The translations under genes were made by a program, and so were the position numbers. A DNA stretch of 64,000 nt from Flavobacterium sp. (GTDB lineage Bacteria > Bacteroidota > Bacteroidia > Flavobacteriales > Flavobacteriaceae): positions 1,621 to 65,620 of the forward strand of contig NZ_JAYWDT010000240.1 in the NCBI RefSeq assembly GCF_043779715.1. The letters run 5' to 3'. Below are positions 51,071 through 60,988 of the stretch, in pieces (the stretch's first letter is position 1; the number at the start of each line of letters is the position of its first letter). The notes under the pieces were generated by a model that ran no database searches, had not been told where the DNA came from, and saw nothing but the letters and a program-made list of their open reading frames with translations.

Positions 51071-51307
51071 TTATAATGGCTTTTCTGGCCAGAAGTCTTT
51101 AGGAGAACATTCAAATATTTTTGCAATATCATTTAAATGTTTGACATTGTACTTTGCTTTTTTTGATGGAGCTTCAATATCAGATATGAAAGTAGTACTT
51201 TTTCCTAAAGCTAAAGACAGAGAAACTTGGCTAAGACCTTTCTTTTCTCTCAATTCTTTTACTCTTTTTATTAAGTATCTTTCTATGTCATCAAGTGATT
51301 CGTGCAT
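51071..51307 (-). CDS. XRE-family HTH regulator
   Basis: VKELREKKGLSQVSLSLALGKSTTFISDIE..YNVKHL. Confidence 0.85.
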   Translation of the reverse strand: MHESLDDIERYLIKRVKELREKKGLSQVSLSLALGKSTTFISDIEAPSKKAKYNVKHLNDIAKIFECSPKDFWPEKPL

Positions 51308-51445
51308 AGTTACAAAATGACTTCAAAAAAGATTAAAAAACTAAGGACTATAATCCTGTTTTTAAAATATTTTATTATATTAGCACCGAATTAATTAAAT
51401 TTGCGATTCTTCAAATACAATATTGAAGCATTCGCTTAGAATCTC

Positions 51446-51552
51446 GCACTGGAAAACTGGTAATTTTAAAGAAACGAGATGATAAGTAAGATGCTCACGC
51501 TCTAGGGTGTGGGCTCACTTATTGTTTCCAGGTATACCAGTACCTCCAGTGC
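51446..51552 (+). ncRNA. Putative structured leader/cis-regulatory RNA upstream of susC
   Basis: Four nested stems: 51446-53/51545-52, 51456-62/51535-41, 51476-87/51517-28 and 51494-500/51507-13; -7 box TAAATTTG at 51396-403; T-run after. Confidence 0.6.
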
Positions 51553-51890
51553 AGTAAGATGAGTTCCATACCTTTTTTTTACCTTAAGGTTTTCTCTTCC
51601 TGATTCTTAGCACTGTTTCTGTTTTTATTGGTTTTGCGAATTGTTTCTTTGTAGTTCTCAATTAGCTACGCTCAGTTCGGCTAATCGCCTCGGGTCAATT
51701 TTCTGTCCCTAAAACTAGCGTTTTATGCACAGAAAATCACTCGAAGTGACGGTGGTAAACAAATTAATCAATTGCCTATGGAATAACAGACTAAACTAAA
51801 TTCACAAAAAAAGCCCTCTATCTCGTCGGGAAAACTAGTATAGAGGACTGGACAAACAAAACTAATGTTTCATTTAACTCAACCAAAATT

Positions 51891-54800
51891 ATGAATAAAT
51901 TTTCATTGTACAAGGACCGATGCATTATTATGATGTGCTGTCTTTGTTTTCAATTTTCTGGTGCAGTCGTAAAGTCGAAAGTCGAAAGTCTTAAAGTAAG
52001 CCCCTCGACTGCGCTCGGGATGACAAAAGACAAAAAGACTCTGATCCTGAATCAAGTTCAGAGCAAGCAAGTTCAGAGCAAGCAACAAAATATTACAGGA
52101 AATGTACGTGATGCCAATGGTGTATTGACTGATGTTACCGTTTCTATTAAAGGTAAGCCAATTAGCACTATAACAAACGAGAATGGACAGTTTACAATAG
52201 CTGCTGCTGAAGGCGATGTGCTTGTTTTCAGTTTTATTGGATATTCTTCAATATCAATGACAATAACAATGGCAAACTTCAATGGGAATGCGTTGAATAT
52301 AACCATGAAAGAAGATGCCACAACTTTAAAAGAAGTGGTTGTGAATGCTGGGTATTATACTGTAAAAGATAAAGAACGTACTGGAAGTATTTCTAAAATA
52401 TCTAATAAGGATATAGAAAAGCAACCTGTAACCAATGTACTTGCGGCTATGCAAGGACGAATGGCTGGTGTGGATATAGTGCAGGATAGCGGAAGTCCGG
52501 GTGGTGCTTTTGCTATTAAAATTAGAGGCACGAATAGTTTGCGAGCTGATGGTAACCAACCGCTTTATATTATTGATGGTGTGCCGTATTCTTCGGAAAC
52601 GATTGGTTCTATTGCTACATCGGGCACTGCACCGAGTTTGACTAGTCCGTTGAATTCTATTAATCCATCGGATATTGAGAGTATTGAAGTGCTCAAGGAT
52701 GCTGATGCTACGGCGATTTATGGTTCGCGTGGTGCTAATGGTGTGGTATTGATTACTACCAAAAAAGGAAAGGCAGGTAAAACTACTTTTACCGTTAATG
52801 GTTCTACGAGTGTTGGAAGTATTACAAGAACTCCAAAATTGATGAATACGCAACAGTATTTAGCGATGCGCCAACAGGCATTTGCGAATGATGGTATTAG
52901 TGTTTATCCCGATTTTGCTTATGATGTAAATGGCACTTGGGATGCTAACCGCTATACGGATTGGCAAAAGAAATTTATAGGTGGTACTGCTGAAGTTAAC
53001 AATTTGCAAGTTTCGGTTTCTGGTGGAAGTGCCAAAACACAGTATTTATTGAGTGGGAATTATAGAACGGAAACGACTGTTTTTCCTGGTGATTTTAAGT
53101 ATAATAAAGGTGCTGCTCATTTTAACATGAATCATGCTTCGGACGATGACAAATTTAAGTTGGTGTTTTCTGCTAATTATACTGCCCAAAAGAATAATCA
53201 ACCTGCTACAGATTTGACTGCGGTATCGCGAACACTTGCACCCAATGCACCTGCACTTTATAATGCCGATGGTAATTTGAATTGGGAGAACAGCACTTGG
53301 GATAATCCGTTGGCTACTATGCTGTCGGAGTTTGATTCTAGGATTAAGGATTTGACTGCGAATACGGTTTTGTCGTATCAAATTTTGAAGAATCTACAAG
53401 TGAAATCGAGCTTTGGTTATTCGGATTTGAAGAGTACGGAAAGCAGAACCCAACCGCATACCATGTATAATCCGGCTTTTGGATTGGGAAGTGCCTTTTC
53501 GGGATTGAGTGTCAGCCAAACCGATAGAAGCACTTGGATTGTTGAACCGCAATTAAATTGGAACACTAAACTTGGTAAAGGAAAAGTAGAAGCTTTGGTT
53601 GGAAGTACGTTTCAACAACAAAAAACCAACCGATTGTTTATGAATGGATTTGGATTTTCGAGTAATAGTTTGATTCACAATTTGGCTTCGGCATCGATTA
53701 AAACTATTGACTTGAGTGATGAAACCGTATATAAATATCAAGCCTTTTTTGCCCGAATCAATTATAATTGGAATGAACGTTATATTATTAATGTTACTGG
53801 TCGCCGTGATGGTTCGAGCCGCTTTGGACCAGGCAAGCAGTTTGCCACTTTTGGCGCTGTTGGTGCGGCTTGGATTTTTTCGAATGAGAATTTCTTGAAG
53901 GATAATTCGGTGTTGAGTTTTGGAAAATTACGTACGAGTTATGGAACGACTGGTAATGATCAGATTGGCGATTATCAGTTTCTTGATACTTATGCTTCAT
54001 CGGGCAATACCTATCAAGGATTGATTGGCTTGCAACCGATACGTTTGTTTAATCCCGAGTTTGGATGGGAAACGAATAGGAAATTTGAAGTGGCTTTGGA
54101 AACAGGCTTTTTGAAAGATAGGTTGTTTTTAACTACTGCGTATTATTTTAATCGTTCGTCTAATCAGTTGGTTGGTATTCCGTTGCCTGGAACGACTGGG
54201 TTTGGTTCGTTGAATGCCAATCTTGATGCTACCGTTGAAAATAGCGGCTTGGAGTTTACACTACGAACTGTGAATTTTCAGCGTAAGGATTTTGAATGGA
54301 CAACCAATTTTAATATTTCTGCTAGTAGAAACAAATTGGTTTCTTATCCCGGATTAGAAAGTTCTACGAATGCGAGCCGCTACATAGTTGGTCAACCAAT
54401 AAACATCATAAAAGTTTATAGTTATACAGGCATGAACCCAACTACAGGTGTTTATGAGTTTGAAGATGTGAATGGTGATGGTGTGATTACTTCGATAGGC
54501 GACAGAACACATGTTGCCGATTTGAGTCCGGATTTCTTTGGCGGTTTGCAGAACAATTTTAAATATAAAAACTTGCAATTGGATTTTCTGTTTCAGTTTG
54601 TGAAGCAAGAAACTTTTGGACCAACACCAGGTGTTCCCGGAACGGCGGTTAATCAGGTGGCGAGTGTTAGCAATGCTGATGGACAACAGCCACTCACGAG
54701 TGGTGTTAATGGCGATATCATTAATGCGTATTTCCGCTATGCACTTAGTACAGGTAATATTGAAGATGCTTCGTATGTGCGCTTGAAAAACATATCATTG

Positions 54801-54971
54801 ACGTATGATTTACCCTTGAAAATGAGTAAAGGTGTTCGATGTCAATTGTATTTGCAAGGTCAGAACTTGTTGACTTTTACCAATTATTCTAACGGCGATC
54901 CCGAATTTAAGTTTAGTAATTATTTGTCGCCGTTGAAAGTGTATTCGGCTGGTGTAAAACTGACTTTATAA
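51891..54971 (+). CDS. SusC/RagA-family TonB-linked outer-membrane protein
   Basis: KDADATAIYGSRGANGVVLITTKKG signature; C-terminal YSAGVKLTL. Confidence 0.95.
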   Translation: MNKFSLYKDRCIIMMCCLCFQFSGAVVKSKVESLKVSPSTALGMTKDKKTLILNQVQSKQVQSKQQNITGNVRDANGVLTDVTVSIKGKPISTITNENGQFTIAAAEGDVLVFSFIGYSSISMTITMANFNGNALNITMKEDATTLKEVVVNAGYYTVKDKERTGSISKISNKDIEKQPVTNVLAAMQGRMAGVDIVQDSGSPGGAFAIKIRGTNSLRADGNQPLYIIDGVPYSSETIGSIATSGTAPSLTSPLNSINPSDIESIEVLKDADATAIYGSRGANGVVLITTKKGKAGKTTFTVNGSTSVGSITRTPKLMNTQQYLAMRQQAFANDGISVYPDFAYDVNGTWDANRYTDWQKKFIGGTAEVNNLQVSVSGGSAKTQYLLSGNYRTETTVFPGDFKYNKGAAHFNMNHASDDDKFKLVFSANYTAQKNNQPATDLTAVSRTLAPNAPALYNADGNLNWENSTWDNPLATMLSEFDSRIKDLTANTVLSYQILKNLQVKSSFGYSDLKSTESRTQPHTMYNPAFGLGSAFSGLSVSQTDRSTWIVEPQLNWNTKLGKGKVEALVGSTFQQQKTNRLFMNGFGFSSNSLIHNLASASIKTIDLSDETVYKYQAFFARINYNWNERYIINVTGRRDGSSRFGPGKQFATFGAVGAAWIFSNENFLKDNSVLSFGKLRTSYGTTGNDQIGDYQFLDTYASSGNTYQGLIGLQPIRLFNPEFGWETNRKFEVALETGFLKDRLFLTTAYYFNRSSNQLVGIPLPGTTGFGSLNANLDATVENSGLEFTLRTVNFQRKDFEWTTNFNISASRNKLVSYPGLESSTNASRYIVGQPINIIKVYSYTGMNPTTGVYEFEDVNGDGVITSIGDRTHVADLSPDFFGGLQNNFKYKNLQLDFLFQFVKQETFGPTPGVPGTAVNQVASVSNADGQQPLTSGVNGDIINAYFRYALSTGNIEDASYVRLKNISLTYDLPLKMSKGVRCQLYLQGQNLLTFTNYSNGDPEFKFSNYLSPLKVYSAGVKLTL
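52053..52085 (+). repeat. 15-bp in-frame tandem duplication in the susC 5' region
   Basis: CAAGTTCAGAGCAAG x2 (QVQSKQVQSK). Confidence 0.8.
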
Positions 54972-54982
54972 TCTTAATTTAT

Positions 54983-56362
54983 ATGACTATGAAAAATTTT
55001 AAAATAACAGTACTTAGTTTATTTGTGTTACTAAGTTTGATGGGTTGTGATAGCTTTGTGGATGTTGAAACGCCTAATTCGCAACTGACTGGCATAACTG
55101 TTTTTGAAGATAGAACTACAGCCAATGCGGCTATGATTGATATTTATTCTAAACTACGCGATACAGGATTGATAGCAGGAAACGCTAATGGTTCTGGTGT
55201 AAGTTTGGGTTTGTATGCTGATGAACTGACTTATTATGGAAATACCGATGATAACATTTCGTTTATTTTTAACAATACGATGCTAGCGACTACATCGATA
55301 GCATCGCAACTATGGAATGAAAGTTACCAACAGATTTATTGTGCTAATGCAGTGATTTATGGTTGCCAGAATTCTATTGGACTTTCGACTGCCGATAAAA
55401 ATCAGTTTATTGGTGAGGCAACTTTTGTTAGGGCTTTGGTTCATTTTTATTTAGTGAATTTGTATGGCGATGTTCCGTATATCACTACTACTGATTATGA
55501 AGTAAACCGCTTGGTGACTAGAATGCCAGCGGCAGAAGTTTACAACAACATTATTGCCGATTTACAACAAGCGATTGCTTTATTGCCAGAAGCTTATTTT
55601 GCACTTGACCGTGTTCGTCCTAATCGTTCGACTGCATCGGCATTATTAGCAAGAGTGTATTTGTATAATGGCAATTGGGCTGAAGCTTCGAATGCTGCCT
55701 CTGCTGTTTTGAATAATGCAGAGTATGTTTGGGAAACCGATATTGATAAGATATTTTTGAAGGATTGTACCGCTACAATTTGGCAATTTTCGCCAAAGTT
55801 GGAAGGTAATAATACCGATGAAGGTTCTGTATTTGTGTTTCAGACTGGACCACCATCGTTTGTTGGATTGCGTGAAGAATTGTATAATTCGTTTGCCAAT
55901 GATGACCTTAGGAAAAGTCATTGGATTGCGACTGTAACCGATGGTTCAAACACTTGGTATCATGCTAATAAATACAAACAAAATAACAATACCGGAACCT
56001 CTGTGGAGTATTCGATAGTGTTTCGATTGGCGGAGCAATATTTAATTCGTGCGGAAGCTAGAGCACGACAAGGTGAATTGAGTAATGCGAAACAAGATTT
56101 GGATATGGTTCGGAGTTTGGCAGGATTGCCGAATACGACAGCCAACACAGATGCTGAAATTGTTGCTGCTGTGCAAGAGGAACGACGTTTTGAATTGTTT
56201 ACTGAGCAAGGACATCGCTTTTTTGATTTGAAACGAAATGGAGCTTTGAATACCGATTTACCTATTGCAAAATTGGGTTGGAATAGTACCGATGTTAATT
56301 GGCCAATACCGGAAACGGAATTATTGGCTAATCCAAACTTAACTCAAAATCCCGGTTATTAA
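54983..56362 (+). CDS. SusD/RagB-family lipoprotein
   Basis: Lipobox LMGC; GEATFVRALVHFYLVNLYGDVP; RLAEQYLIRAEA; QNPGY end. Confidence 0.95.
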   Translation: MTMKNFKITVLSLFVLLSLMGCDSFVDVETPNSQLTGITVFEDRTTANAAMIDIYSKLRDTGLIAGNANGSGVSLGLYADELTYYGNTDDNISFIFNNTMLATTSIASQLWNESYQQIYCANAVIYGCQNSIGLSTADKNQFIGEATFVRALVHFYLVNLYGDVPYITTTDYEVNRLVTRMPAAEVYNNIIADLQQAIALLPEAYFALDRVRPNRSTASALLARVYLYNGNWAEASNAASAVLNNAEYVWETDIDKIFLKDCTATIWQFSPKLEGNNTDEGSVFVFQTGPPSFVGLREELYNSFANDDLRKSHWIATVTDGSNTWYHANKYKQNNNTGTSVEYSIVFRLAEQYLIRAEARARQGELSNAKQDLDMVRSLAGLPNTTANTDAEIVAAVQEERRFELFTEQGHRFFDLKRNGALNTDLPIAKLGWNSTDVNWPIPETELLANPNLTQNPGY

Positions 56363-58974
56363 TGAAGTTCACTTATTTACCAACGTTTTATGGTGTGATC
56401 GCCATAATTTTAGTTGGGTTAGTTCCCTGTCCTGTAATGGGACAGGTGCTAGCTAAGAAGCATTTGACCGAAGCCGATTATGGTTTGTGGCATATTATGG
56501 GAAGTGAGCAATTGTCTGACAAAGGCAACTGGGTTAGTTATCGGTTTTCGTATGAAAATGGAGTAGATACTACGTTTGTGGTTCATACTAAAACTGATAA
56601 GAAGTTTGTGTTTCCTAATTTGCTACATGGTCAATTTATTGAGGAACGAAGCTTTGCTTTTTTGAAAAAAGAAGGATTGTTGTTGTTTGATTTGAAAAGC
56701 GGTACTGAAAAGTTATTACCGAATGTTAGTCGGTATGACTATTCGGCTGATGGACAGTATTTGGTTACTTTGGAAGATGCTTGTACGCTAGTTATAAGAA
56801 AGAATGAAACAGTTATTGAACAAATAGAAAATGTAACTACTTATGAATGGAATGTAGACAAAACCAAGTTAGTTTATGCAACTTCGTTACATGGGAAAGG
56901 TTCTGTTGGTTGTTTAAGTTTGAAAAATACTTTTAGTCAGCAGCAAATTTTGAAACCAACTGCGCAAACTTTTGAAGTTTTCAAGTGGCAACAAAATGGC
57001 AACTCTGTTGCTTTTTATGGTGTTGACAAAGACAATGAAGAAGTGTATTATTATGATTTTGTGAACAATAAGGTATTTACGCTGAACTCTTCTGATGCTA
57101 TTTTTCCTGTGAAAATGAAAATTGCTCCCGATCAAAATATTGCTCTGAAGGTTTCTCGTGATGGGAAGAAGGTATTTTTTGGAATTACTACTATTGTGGC
57201 AAAAGACACTACTGGATATTCTGGCAGTGTTGAGGTTTGGCATGCAAAAGACCAGTTGCTTTATCGTGAAAGAAAGTTGAGAGCAAGTGTACCTTATTTA
57301 CAATTTTTAGCCGTTTGGTTTCCAAAAGAAGGATTTGTTCGTTCACTAAATTCAGAGCAACAAAAATGGATTGCTTTGAATGGCACACAAGATTACGCTC
57401 TTTTAGCGAATATGGATTACTATGAACCACAGTATAAATTGAATGCTGATAGGGATTTTTACTTGATTGATATTAGAACTGGTGCAAAAGAGTTGCTTTT
57501 GGAGAAGCAGTCTGGTATTGATAGTCAACTAGACTTTTCTCCCGATGGAAGGTTTATAAGCTATTATAAAAAAAGTAATTGGTGGGTTTATGATATTGTG
57601 AAAAAATCACATACCAACATTACTCAAGGATTGAATGTTAGCTGGGATAACTGGGTTAATGATCCAGGTACTGAATTGCGCGTTTGGGGTCAGACCGATT
57701 GGACGAAAGATGGCAAATATGTATTGTGCTATGATTATCATGATATTTGGGCGATTTCACCTGATGGCAAGGAACGTAAACGATTGACTAATGGCAAAGA
57801 TAAAGACATACGGTTTCGATTTGATACATCTGCTGTATCAAATATTCACGAGTTTAATTATTCTGAAACTGGTACTACTGTTTATGATTTATCAAAAGAA
57901 GTTGTTTTAATTTCTTATAATTTACAAAGTGGTGCGCATGGTTTTTTTACCTTAAAACCTAACCTAATTGCAAAGCCACTTATAGCTGATGATGCTATGG
58001 TTACAAAATTCAAAAAATCAAAAAAAGGCACATCATTTATTTATGTCATGCAACGATTTGATTTGCCACCAACTCTAGTATTTGATAATAATGGGTTGCA
58101 AAAAGAAATTGTTAATAGTAATGAACATCAAAAGAAGTATCATTGGGGAAAATCGGAAATGATTCAGTATGCCGATAGTAAAGGAACACCACTCAAAGGC
58201 ATATTGTATTATCCAGCGAATTATGATGCTAGTAAAAAATATCCTATGGTTGTGTTTATTTATGAAACTTTTTCAAAATATAGACATGATTATATTACTC
58301 CAAGTTTGCATAATGGGATTGGGTTTAATATTGCTAATCTTACTACAGATGGCTATGCTGTTTTGTTACCCGATATTTCTTTTGAAAAAGGAAATTCGGC
58401 TATGTCGGCAGTTGACTGTGTTACTGCTGCTACTAAAAAGGTTATTGAAATGGGTGTTGCTGATGCTAAAAAAATTGGACTAACTGGACAATCTTTTGGC
58501 GGATATGAAACAAATTTTATCATTACACAAACGGATATGTTTGCCACGGCTATAAGTGGCTCGGCTGTATCTGATAATTTGCAACATTACTTTACAATCA
58601 ATACATTATACACAAATATTGATGCATGGCGCTACGAAAACCAACAATATCGTATGGGATTTTCTTTTTACGAAAATCAAGAAGCCTATCATAACAATTC
58701 ACCTTTACTGAATGCTAATGGAATAAATACTCCGTTATTGACTTGGGCTGGTAAAATTGATGACACAGTGCAGTCAAGACAAGCTGAAACTTTTTATGCG
58801 GCTTTACGACGATTAAAAAAAGAACATGTTATGTTGGCGTATGATAACGAAGGTCACATTTTTCAAGATCCAAAAAACCAAGAAGATTTACTGAGAAAGA
58901 TGAATGATTGGTTTGGTCATTATTTAAAAGGTAAGCCAAAAGCATCATGGATGAAATCTGATTTAGAAGAGTAA
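56362..58974 (+). CDS. S9 prolyl-oligopeptidase-family peptidase
   Basis: Beta-propeller N-region; catalytic GQSFGG (Ser), DDTV (Asp), EGH (His). Confidence 0.92.
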   Translation: MKFTYLPTFYGVIAIILVGLVPCPVMGQVLAKKHLTEADYGLWHIMGSEQLSDKGNWVSYRFSYENGVDTTFVVHTKTDKKFVFPNLLHGQFIEERSFAFLKKEGLLLFDLKSGTEKLLPNVSRYDYSADGQYLVTLEDACTLVIRKNETVIEQIENVTTYEWNVDKTKLVYATSLHGKGSVGCLSLKNTFSQQQILKPTAQTFEVFKWQQNGNSVAFYGVDKDNEEVYYYDFVNNKVFTLNSSDAIFPVKMKIAPDQNIALKVSRDGKKVFFGITTIVAKDTTGYSGSVEVWHAKDQLLYRERKLRASVPYLQFLAVWFPKEGFVRSLNSEQQKWIALNGTQDYALLANMDYYEPQYKLNADRDFYLIDIRTGAKELLLEKQSGIDSQLDFSPDGRFISYYKKSNWWVYDIVKKSHTNITQGLNVSWDNWVNDPGTELRVWGQTDWTKDGKYVLCYDYHDIWAISPDGKERKRLTNGKDKDIRFRFDTSAVSNIHEFNYSETGTTVYDLSKEVVLISYNLQSGAHGFFTLKPNLIAKPLIADDAMVTKFKKSKKGTSFIYVMQRFDLPPTLVFDNNGLQKEIVNSNEHQKKYHWGKSEMIQYADSKGTPLKGILYYPANYDASKKYPMVVFIYETFSKYRHDYITPSLHNGIGFNIANLTTDGYAVLLPDISFEKGNSAMSAVDCVTAATKKVIEMGVADAKKIGLTGQSFGGYETNFIITQTDMFATAISGSAVSDNLQHYFTINTLYTNIDAWRYENQQYRMGFSFYENQEAYHNNSPLLNANGINTPLLTWAGKIDDTVQSRQAETFYAALRRLKKEHVMLAYDNEGHIFQDPKNQEDLLRKMNDWFGHYLKGKPKASWMKSDLEE

Positions 58975-58983
58975 AGATAAAAA

Positions 58984-59014
58984 TATGCAGTTTTCGATTA
59001 AAGAAAACTGCATA
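58984..59014. terminator. Bidirectional terminator between the S9 peptidase and the Cys-peptide gene
   Basis: TATGCAGTTTTC-GATTAAA-GAAAACTGCATA, 12-bp stem. Confidence 0.75.
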
Positions 59015-59030
59015 CTTAAAAGTTACTTGT

Positions 59031-59312
59031 TTACAATACTTTGTACAAGTTTACACTACAAGCATTTGCTGCATTTTTATGCCAAACACGTCTTGGAGTT
59101 GCCTCACTAGACATACAGTTTTGGATTGTAGTCGTTGGAGTACAATCCACCGTAACTTGAAGACAATTTGCAATTGATGGATTTTGTATAAATCCAATGA
59201 TAGAAACTGTCTTTTTTGCTTCTTTAACTTTAGCATTTTTTGAGCTAACTGCTCCGGCACTTGCCAATGTGAATGCCAATACTGGCAAGATCACTTTTAA
59301 AATGGTTTTCAT
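59031..59312 (-). CDS. Small secreted 4-Cys peptide (DUF6520-like)
   Basis: MKTILKVILPVLAFTLASAGAVSS signal; mature region C-x6-C-x8-C-x18-C. Confidence 0.7.
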   Translation of the reverse strand: MKTILKVILPVLAFTLASAGAVSSKNAKVKEAKKTVSIIGFIQNPSIANCLQVTVDCTPTTTIQNCMSSEATPRRVWHKNAANACSVNLYKVL

Positions 59313-59411
59313 GGTAATAGAATTTAAATTACTTTTTTTGACTTACTCTTTTTTACAGGTTTTCAGTCTCGTTCCTGCTACTGATCAGAATAGATTTTTA
59401 TATTATTATTT

Positions 59412-60893
59412 CTATTTGAAATGTTTTTTACTCAACTGGTATTTGTGTAATTGATGTCCGATTATTGCATACAGCTTGTTATCAACCACAAACATTTCTT
59501 TCAACTTGGTTTTGTTTATATTATAAATGTAAATACTTGACAAGTAGGTGTTTTTCTCGATGTTGTACACATCAACAATCGAAGCTTGTTTCCACATTTC
59601 TTTGGGTTCGTATCGTCCGATTAATTTTGAATTTACAAATAGTAAATTGTTAGAAACCGTCGTCAATTGATTAACAGTTGCTGGTAGTGAAGCAATTTTT
59701 CGTTGTCCAGTTTCTTTGATATGTGCTATTTTAAGTTTGGCTTTGGTCGTTGTGTCGATGGTATTTCCGCGATGTATTAGGTTGAGGTTGGTATCGGCAA
59801 CTATGAATTGATTTCGGTAGTAATAGGTATAGATGAATTTTTGCGATTGTATGTCAAAATGCATCATGCCATCGGTGTCAAAAAAGCCATCTATTTGTTT
59901 TTGTAATAGTTGAGGCGCGTATTGCATTTTTAAACTGTCTTTGAAAGTGAAGGTTCCTAAAATGTTATAAAGCGTTTTGAGTTGCTGTGCTCGAAATGCG
60001 ATTTTATCTGGAGTAATTATTTCGGCTTTTGAGAAATAGTAATTGTTGTCGTACATTACAAGTTTTGCTTTCCAATCGGATATATTGCCTTTGTAAATTA
60101 CTGGCACTGTGCCATCCATGAGATAAAAATAGGGTGGTGCAATTCGGACTTGTACTGAAACAAAAGGAAAGTTTTCACGCTCCAGTTGTATTTTATAATG
60201 ACGTTTGGTTTTTAAAATGGTATCGTAAGCTATTATGTGTAGCGGTGCTTGACTATCTCCGAAATAAATGGTTTTACCATCGGTTCCTGCATAGTATTTG
60301 GAATTGTTGGTTAGTTCTGCTTCGGCTGTTTGGGTTGCTGCACCTTGGATAAATCTTCTTATGAATGGGTTTTCTCGGTGCATGGTGTGTTCTGAATAGA
60401 AGTATAAAATCACAATTACAGCTGAACCGATTATTGCGATAATTATTAGTTTTATAACTGTTTTGGATTTATTTGTTGCTGTAAATACAGCTGCAATTGC
60501 AGCTAGAATTGTAAACGCTATGTTGAAAATCAGGTGTTCTTTCCAACCCATTTTCTCTAATATACCACCGCAGGAGCAAGGAACAAATGAGGAATAATTT
60601 AGAATGACAACTATGTAAGCGGTGAATATTAGCATCAAACCAAATGAAGCTAACAAAGCAATATATCTTGATTTTGGTATTGCAAGTAATAAAGCGATTA
60701 ATAATTCAATTATTAAAACGGAATAGGAAACAAATCCGGTGTATGCGCTTATAAGTGGCGATTGACTTAGTTGGGCTTGGAAGTTTTGAAATTCTAATAG
60801 CTTACTCAGTGCTGAATAAACAAAAAGTAACATTAGTAAAATACTTATTATTTCTACTAAGATTGATTTTAGATTGGTGACCTTAATTTTCAT
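59412..60893 (-). CDS. MauE/DoxX-family redox-associated membrane protein with large C-terminal periplasmic domain
   Basis: LLFVYSALSK, SFVPCSCGGILE.MGW.EHL.FN (CxC MauE motif). Confidence 0.85.
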   Translation of the reverse strand: MKIKVTNLKSILVEIISILLMLLFVYSALSKLLEFQNFQAQLSQSPLISAYTGFVSYSVLIIELLIALLLAIPKSRYIALLASFGLMLIFTAYIVVILNYSSFVPCSCGGILEKMGWKEHLIFNIAFTILAAIAAVFTATNKSKTVIKLIIIAIIGSAVIVILYFYSEHTMHRENPFIRRFIQGAATQTAEAELTNNSKYYAGTDGKTIYFGDSQAPLHIIAYDTILKTKRHYKIQLERENFPFVSVQVRIAPPYFYLMDGTVPVIYKGNISDWKAKLVMYDNNYYFSKAEIITPDKIAFRAQQLKTLYNILGTFTFKDSLKMQYAPQLLQKQIDGFFDTDGMMHFDIQSQKFIYTYYYRNQFIVADTNLNLIHRGNTIDTTTKAKLKIAHIKETGQRKIASLPATVNQLTTVSNNLLFVNSKLIGRYEPKEMWKQASIVDVYNIEKNTYLSSIYIYNINKTKLKEMFVVDNKLYAIIGHQLHKYQLSKKHFK

Positions 60894-60988
60894 GGTTCAA
60901 TAGAATTGGTAGTGTAAAATTCTATTAATGAAAACGTTATCTTATTTCATTTCGGGAATATCGGTTTGCAAAAGAAGGAATGCCTTTA

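Noticed and set aside
50994-51320. 108-aa + strand ORF
   Set aside because: Shadow of the XRE HTH gene on the - strand; no recognisable motif.
60945-60961. Full copy of the 28-bp island motif before mauE/doxX
   Set aside because: Only the ATTCCCGAA half matches and the RCACYA..CTTG half is absent; treated as weak and not counted.
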